In this document: positions 62,926 through 64,000 of the stretch, one piece after another
Layout of the letters: every line of letters begins with the position of its first letter
How positions within the stretch are numbered: the first letter of the stretch is position 1
Assembly: GCA_964016885.1 (NCBI GenBank)
Contig: OZ024743.1
Location: 169,694,001-169,758,000, forward strand
Length of the DNA stretch: 64,000 bases
Direction of reading: 5' to 3'
Source: Eledone cirrhosa
Lineage: Eukaryota
Translations under genes and position numbers: made by a program
The notes under the pieces: model-generated
What the model saw: the letters and a program-made list of their open reading frames with translations, nothing else
What the model was told of the DNA's origin: nothing
The model's database searches: none

Positions 62926-64000
62926 ACTAGCAGAGGTACCTGGCGTTGCTCGGGTATTAAGTAGCAGTTGTGTATACCATTTATGTCAATACTTCAATGC
63001 TACTTCGAAAACTATAATTTTACAAAATCATCGGCTTTTTCCAAAAGAGGGTTCCTGCCCCCAGGGGTCCCCTACTCAATATGTGCCAATTCTGAGAGTT
63101 CACATTCATCTGTAGGACAAACGTAGCCCATGTGTCAAGTTTTGTGAAAATCGGTTGTGAACTCCATAAGTTATGACGTTTTGTTGCATTGCACTGCAGT
63201 TCTTCAGTCGACTCCAAGGAAGTGGTTAAAGGGGGTATACTACCGGGAGGCCCTATAATCAATATCTGTAAAAATGAAAGTGCCTATGACCATCCGGAGT
63301 ACATAAGTAACCTATGTCGTAAGTTTGGTGAAAATACTGTAGAAATGCATAAGGTTTATACACGCGCGCGCTCGTGTGTGTTTGTGTTTGTGGGGGGGGG
63401 GGGTATGTATTTGTGTGTGCGTATGTATGTGTATGTCCGTCGGGGCATACGTATGTACTGGCCTAAATCTTCACTATTTACTTTTACTATTTTAATCACC
63501 TCTGTCATTTTCGTTTTCAATTTTATTTACATCATTCTTAAACTCCGGGGCTGGAAATCATTCTGTTATGTTAAATAGAATATTAGTCTAACGACTCCAT
63601 TTATACCATAAACTTGGTCTTGTCTTTGCATGAAATTGTTCTTATCGATCCACATAACGACATATTATCCTCGCTTTTTTCCCGTTCATTGCCAGGGAAC
63701 GTCTTCATGAACCAAAATATCGTCTTCCTGTTTTCGTTCGGTTGGAATGTTTCTCGAAATATTGACTTCTGCGTTCACAGATTACTCTCAGTTCAATTTG
63801 AATGGGAAATTCCTGTTTCATCGATTTTCTCCGTAACCATGGAAGCTTGTAGCTTGAAAGTCGACCTAATGCCTTTTCGGGTCATACTGCATAACTGTGT
63901 AAATTTTCGCTGCATTCCACCAAGCCGTTTCGACGTTTATCCGACTACACCTACTTACTTAAATATACAACGTCCGACCACTTCCAATTTATATAGTAGA
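62926..64000 (+). mobile_element. probable non-autonomous Helentron/DINE-like element
   Basis: Starts ACTAGCAGAGGTACCTGGCGTTGCTCGGG (subterminal hairpin), contains repeated AAGTTT.GTGAAAAT boxes, ends TTTATATAGTAGA. Confidence 0.45.

Noticed and set aside
57709-63578. Host protein-coding exons (ORFs 57709-58293, 63189-63578, etc.)
   Set aside because: Low-complexity or repeat-derived, with no recognisable domains. A small exon cannot be excluded.

Overview
Eukaryotic, repeat-only window with no host gene detected. The SINE types and microsatellite style suggest an invertebrate, probably a cephalopod (inference). Positions ~0.6-57 kb are a dense nest of retroelements organised on (AAT)n tracts that all read AAT on the + strand. 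Nine Tx1/L1-clade LINE copies (A-I, at least 4 families) all lie on the - strand and, where the 3' end survives, end in (ATT)n. Six R4/Dong-like RLE-type LINE pieces all lie on the + strand and end in (TAA)n. A Meta-type SINE whose 3' tail resembles the Tx1 3' end sits in the same tracts. Each insertion appears to regenerate the target for the next, giving head-to-tail arrays. Nested in this are a full-length Gypsy LTR element (GTTG TSD, tRNA-Trp PBS) inside an RTE-like LINE, an Ingi-like LINE (HDV-like ribozyme fold, degenerate 2A motif, 3 PHD fingers, APE, RT, RNase H) inside a Tx1 ORF1, and a Penelope-like fragment. The last ~7 kb is ordinary intergenic or intronic DNA with SINEs, MITEs, an RTE fragment and a probable Helentron-type element. 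All calls come from reading the sequence by eye; no searches or folding programs were run.
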